From Acidobacteriota bacterium (lineage in GTDB: Bacteria > Acidobacteriota > UBA4820 > DSQY01): a stretch of 18,332 bases of DNA. The first letter of the stretch is position 1. Each line of letters starts with the position of its first letter. The position numbers and the translations under genes are program-made. Below are positions 14,787 to 18,332 of the stretch, piece by piece. The notes under the pieces are model-generated. The model had not been told where the DNA came from. It did no database searches and saw only the letters and a program-made list of their open reading frames with translations. The stretch spans positions 1 to 18,332 of the forward strand of contig JBMFSH010000043.1 in the NCBI GenBank assembly GCA_049967655.1. The letters run 5' to 3'.

Positions 14787-15916
14787 GGCGCCTGCTCCTC
14801 CCTCTCCTCCTCCGGGAAGCGGGAGGCGAACCAGTGGTAGGGCTGCTCCTTGGTGAACCGTGCCCTGGGCATCTCCACGAGGAATCGGGCTCCGGCCTCC
14901 CCATCCGCCTCGTACCGCACCGCACCGTCGTAGATCTGGAGGAGGCTCGCCACGATGAAGAGCCCCAGCCCTGAGCGGCGGCGGTCCGCGCTGCGGGAGA
15001 CGAAGGGCTCGAAGAGGTGGTCGCGCAGCTCCTTCGGGACGCCCGGGCCGTCATCCTCCACCTCGAAGAGCACGGTGGCGCGGGCCGGGTGGCTCGGCTT
15101 GAGCCGCACGTCGACCGTGCCACCCCCGCGCTTCTCCAGCACCTGCAGCGCGTTGGCCACCAGCGCCCGGACCACCTCCTCGATGATGTGGCCGGGAAGG
15201 TTGACGCGCGGCGCCTCGACCCTGTCGAACCGGAGAGCGCTCCCCTGAGATTCGGCCAGGGGCCTCAGGGAGGTGAGGGCCCGCTCAATGGCTTCGGCGG
15301 GCAGGGCGGGCTCGAAGGCGCTGTCCACCTGGGCGCGCCGGAGAGCCGGCAGGAGCGTGCCGGAGATCTTCTCGATGTAGCGCGCCTCGTGGAGGATGCG
15401 CTCCAGGTCCTCGCAGAGCTCCACGTCGGAGGCCCGCTCCTGAAGGAGCACCTCCACCCGGCCGGTGAGGATGGCCAGGGGGTTGTTCACCTCGTGGAGG
15501 AAGCCGGCGACGAACTGCCCGAGGAGGGTCAGCTGGTGCGCGGTGCGGGCCTGGCTGTCGGCGGCCATGAGGTCCTCGCGCAGGCGCTTGACCCGGTAGC
15601 GCATGGCCTCACAGAGCTGGTGCGCCTGGGCCTCCTGCGAGCGCGCCGCCTCCAGGTCTCTCTGGAGCGCCGCTCGCCGCTTCGATCCGGTGAGAACGGC
15701 CGGGAGGGGCGCCAGGAGAAACAGTGCCGCCGTGGCCGCCTCGACCGGAAGGCCGCCGGGCAGGAGCCAGCGCGCGGCCAGCCACGAAGCCACCGCGCAG
15801 AGGCCCCAGAGAAGCGCCGCGGGAAACGAAGGGAAGGAAGTGGGGACGGAGGAATCGGACGTAGCGGTCTCCTCTTCGCCGAGGTCCCCCCTCCGCGCCT
15901 GGTCTGCTGCCGTCAC
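14783..15916 (-). CDS. Membrane sensor histidine kinase (NtrB-like HisKA plus HATPase)
   Basis: H-box GFLHEVNNPL, N-box LVANALQ, G1 EDDGPGV, F-box LFEPFVS, G2 SGLGLFIV. Two closely spaced hydrophobic segments at the N-terminus. Start uncertain (GTG 15916 chosen; the ORF extends to 15961). Confidence 0.88.
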   Translation of the reverse strand: MTAADQARRGDLGEEETATSDSSVPTSFPSFPAALLWGLCAVASWLAARWLLPGGLPVEAATAALFLLAPLPAVLTGSKRRAALQRDLEAARSQEAQAHQLCEAMRYRVKRLREDLMAADSQARTAHQLTLLGQFVAGFLHEVNNPLAILTGRVEVLLQERASDVELCEDLERILHEARYIEKISGTLLPALRRAQVDSAFEPALPAEAIERALTSLRPLAESQGSALRFDRVEAPRVNLPGHIIEEVVRALVANALQVLEKRGGGTVDVRLKPSHPARATVLFEVEDDGPGVPKELRDHLFEPFVSRSADRRRSGLGLFIVASLLQIYDGAVRYEADGEAGARFLVEMPRARFTKEQPYHWFASRFPEEEREEQAP

Positions 15917-16135
15917 TCTACACCAGCTCGCGGGAGGACAGAAGCGGAAGGCGCCGGCCACCGCCGCATCCCATCGTGGACCCCTGGAATGGGTGGTCTT
16001 ACCGGTGATGCGACCAAGCCCCGTGAACGGGGGAGCGCCGCGGCTCTGGCCGGGCGCGGGGGACGGGTTGACCCGTGATGCTGGAGCCCCGGCCGCGGCC
16101 GCGCAATCGTCCGGCGCCCAGAGGGCGCCTCCGTC

Positions 16136-18013
16136 CTACTCCGGCTGTTCGGTCTGGTCCGGCTGCGAAGTGCCGGCCTTCTGCTGCCAGGCTTTGCCCC
16201 AGTTGCTGCGGCCCGCCAGCCCGTCCCTGTGGGTCCGGTAAATGTCTTCGCGGACCCCGCTGGTGTCGGGCAGGGCAGGGGAGCCGCCCTCCTCGGCGAA
16301 CCGGCTGGAGCGGATGAAGGTGAAGTTGCCCTTCCGGGGGGAACCGGCCGGGATGTCCTGCGGGCGCCCGCCGTTCCGCTTGCGCTCCCTGCCGTCGCGG
16401 CCGTTGCCGCGCCGCTCCTGGCCCTTCCCGTCGGCCGGGCCCGCTTTCGCTTGGGCACCTGCCTGCGTGTGGGGCTGTCTTCGCCCATCCTGCCCTTGAG
16501 GCGGCTGGGCCTGGCGGCGCCCGCCCTGGAAGGGACGACCGCCGCCGCTGGCGTGGCGGCCGTTGTGCTTGCCGGCGCCGGCCGGCTTCGCCGCGCGGGC
16601 CGGCTGGGGAGCCCGATTGCCGTCGATCTCACGGGGAGACCCCTGGCTTTCGGAGACGAGCCGGTTTCCATCCACCTCGCGAGGAGCCCCGTCGGGCCTC
16701 CCGCCCTTGGCCGGCCTGCCGGGCCTCTGGGAGGAGGGCCGGCGGCTCCCGGCGGGACTCTTCCCCTGGGTCTCCTGCCCTGAGCGCCGCTGCAGCTTGG
16801 CCTTGGCGCGGGCCCGCTCCTCGGCCTTTCGGGCGCGGATGACCGCGATCCTCTCCGCGAGGGGGACCTCGAACCGCTCCTCCGCCTTCTTCGTGTAGTC
16901 GAAGCCCTCCACCGTCTGCCGGGGCAGCTTCTTGCCCAAGTGCCGCTCGATCTCGCGGAACTCCGCCTCCTCCTGCGGCGAGACCAGCGTGTAGGCGTCG
17001 CCGGTGGCGTCGGCGCGCGCCGTCCGGCCCACGCGGTGGATGTAGTCCTCGGGGAGGTTGGGAACGTCGAAATTCACCACCAGCCCCAGGGCCTGAACGT
17101 CGATCCCGCGGGCGGCGATGTCCGTCGCCACCAGGACCCTGTACCTGCCGGCCTTGAAGCCGGCCAGGGCCTCGGTCCTCTGGGCCTGGCTGCGGCTGCC
17201 GTGGATGCGGGCGCAGGAGACCCCGCGCTTCTCCAGGAAGTCCGCCAGGCGGTTGGCGCGGTGCTTGGTGCGGGTGAAGGCCAGGACGCTGCTGGCCTCC
17301 GGGCGCTTGAGCAGCTCCAGGAGAAGGTGGGACTTGAGCTCGTGGGGCACGGGGTAGGCCGCGTGGGTGATTCCCTCCGCCGGGGCCGATTTCCGCTCCA
17401 CGTTCAGCGCCACGGGGTTATCGAGCATCTCGCGGGCCAGCTCCACGATGGGCAGGGGTAGGGTGGCCGAGCACAGTATGGTCTGACGCCCGGCCGGAAG
17501 CTGCTTGAGCACGCGCCGGACGTCGGGGAGGAATCCCATGTCCAGCATGCGGTCGGCCTCGTCCAGCACCAGGAACTCCAGGGAGTCCAACCGGGCGTAG
17601 GGGTACTGGAAGTGATCGAGGAGCCGGCCGGGCGTGGCGATGATCACGTCCACACCGCGCTTGAAGGCCGCGACCTGCGGCTCCATGCCCACCCCGCCGT
17701 AGACGGCGGCGCCCTTGATCTGGGTGTGGGCCGCCAGGGCCTTCAGGTGCTCGGCGATCTGGGCCGCCAGCTCCCGCGTGGGAGCCAGGACGAGCGCCCG
17801 GGTCTTGCCCCTGGGCTTCTCCATGAGCTTGTGGAGGATGGGCAGCACGAAGGCGGCGGTCTTGCCGCTCCCGGTGGCGGCGGCGGCGAGCACGTCGCGG
17901 CCCTCCATGAGGGGCGGGATGGCCATCTCCTGGATGGGGGTCGGGACCTCGAATCCCTGGTCCTCCACGGCCTTCAGCAGCTTGGGGTTCAATCCGAACG
18001 ATGAAAATTGCAT
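16136..18013 (-). CDS. rhlE: DEAD-box ATP-dependent RNA helicase, RhlE-like, with long basic low-complexity C-terminal tail (625 aa)
   Basis: Q motif GFEVPTPIQ, TGSGKT, LAPTRELA, TPGRL, DEADRM, SAT, ARGID, HRVGRTAR. SD-like AAAGGA upstream. Confidence 0.93.
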   Translation of the reverse strand: MQFSSFGLNPKLLKAVEDQGFEVPTPIQEMAIPPLMEGRDVLAAAATGSGKTAAFVLPILHKLMEKPRGKTRALVLAPTRELAAQIAEHLKALAAHTQIKGAAVYGGVGMEPQVAAFKRGVDVIIATPGRLLDHFQYPYARLDSLEFLVLDEADRMLDMGFLPDVRRVLKQLPAGRQTILCSATLPLPIVELAREMLDNPVALNVERKSAPAEGITHAAYPVPHELKSHLLLELLKRPEASSVLAFTRTKHRANRLADFLEKRGVSCARIHGSRSQAQRTEALAGFKAGRYRVLVATDIAARGIDVQALGLVVNFDVPNLPEDYIHRVGRTARADATGDAYTLVSPQEEAEFREIERHLGKKLPRQTVEGFDYTKKAEERFEVPLAERIAVIRARKAEERARAKAKLQRRSGQETQGKSPAGSRRPSSQRPGRPAKGGRPDGAPREVDGNRLVSESQGSPREIDGNRAPQPARAAKPAGAGKHNGRHASGGGRPFQGGRRQAQPPQGQDGRRQPHTQAGAQAKAGPADGKGQERRGNGRDGRERKRNGGRPQDIPAGSPRKGNFTFIRSSRFAEEGGSPALPDTSGVREDIYRTHRDGLAGRSNWGKAWQQKAGTSQPDQTEQPE

Positions 18014-18332
18014 GGGTATCCTTTTTTCCTGGAGCCAGGCCCGGCGTACGCCGGCGCCGCTGGTCCGTCTGTCAATTCCGGCTTGTACCAGTGAGGGAAA
18101 CGGTGGGATCGCCGGTGAGTCCGCCGTTTGTGCCCCCGTCCCTGCCTGGGTCCGCCGGGCTTCTCTCGGAGAGAGCCCGTCCCATCTGAGGACGTAGGGG
18201 CGACGTAAAGATCCTTATCGCACACTTTCGGCGGAAATGCAAGCCAGACAATGAGCCCGAATTCCGCGATGGAAACGCGGGTGCCTTCGGCTACGGGTCG
18301 GGTTCACGGGGGAAAGGCGTTGTCTCCTGGAC

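Noticed and set aside
93..14840. Long plus-strand ORFs (93..1676, 3224..5224, 8099..9697, 9417..10973, 11790..14840 and others)
   Set aside because: Antisense shadows of well-supported minus-strand genes, expected in high-GC DNA; no recognisable motifs.
16113..16129. Hairpin ggcgccc-aga-gggcgcc just after the helicase stop as a terminator
   Set aside because: Seven-bp stem without a U-tract; such stems arise often by chance at this GC content.
1..18332. CRISPR arrays, tRNA/rRNA, IS elements, integrases
   Set aside because: No regularly spaced repeats, RNA gene signatures or transposase/integrase motifs; nearly the whole window is explained by CDSs.

Overview
GC-rich bacterial window in which all credible genes lie on the minus strand. 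In transcription order (right to left): a DEAD-box RNA helicase (RhlE-like), a two-component pair (small membrane histidine kinase plus NtrC-family sigma-54 activator), a clear sigma-54 (-24/-12) promoter, and then a tightly packed 12-gene, about 13 kb redox operon. The operon encodes a Cyc2-like cytochrome-porin, two monoheme cytochromes c, an SPFH/stomatin protein, and a four-subunit Qrc/alternative complex III-like module (pentaheme c, Tat molybdopterin-oxidoreductase-fold subunit, 4x[4Fe-4S] subunit, NrfD/ActC membrane subunit). It ends with a FAD/NAD(P)H Fe-S oxidoreductase, a Rieske protein, a fused cytochrome b6-subunit IV and a hexaheme cytochrome c. The operon carries 14 CxxCH motifs and no terminal oxidase or reductase. 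It reads as a candidate complete electron conduit from the cell surface, through periplasmic cytochromes and the quinone pool, to cytoplasmic NAD(P). Function and direction are inferred, not shown. No RNA genes, CRISPR arrays or mobile elements were seen.
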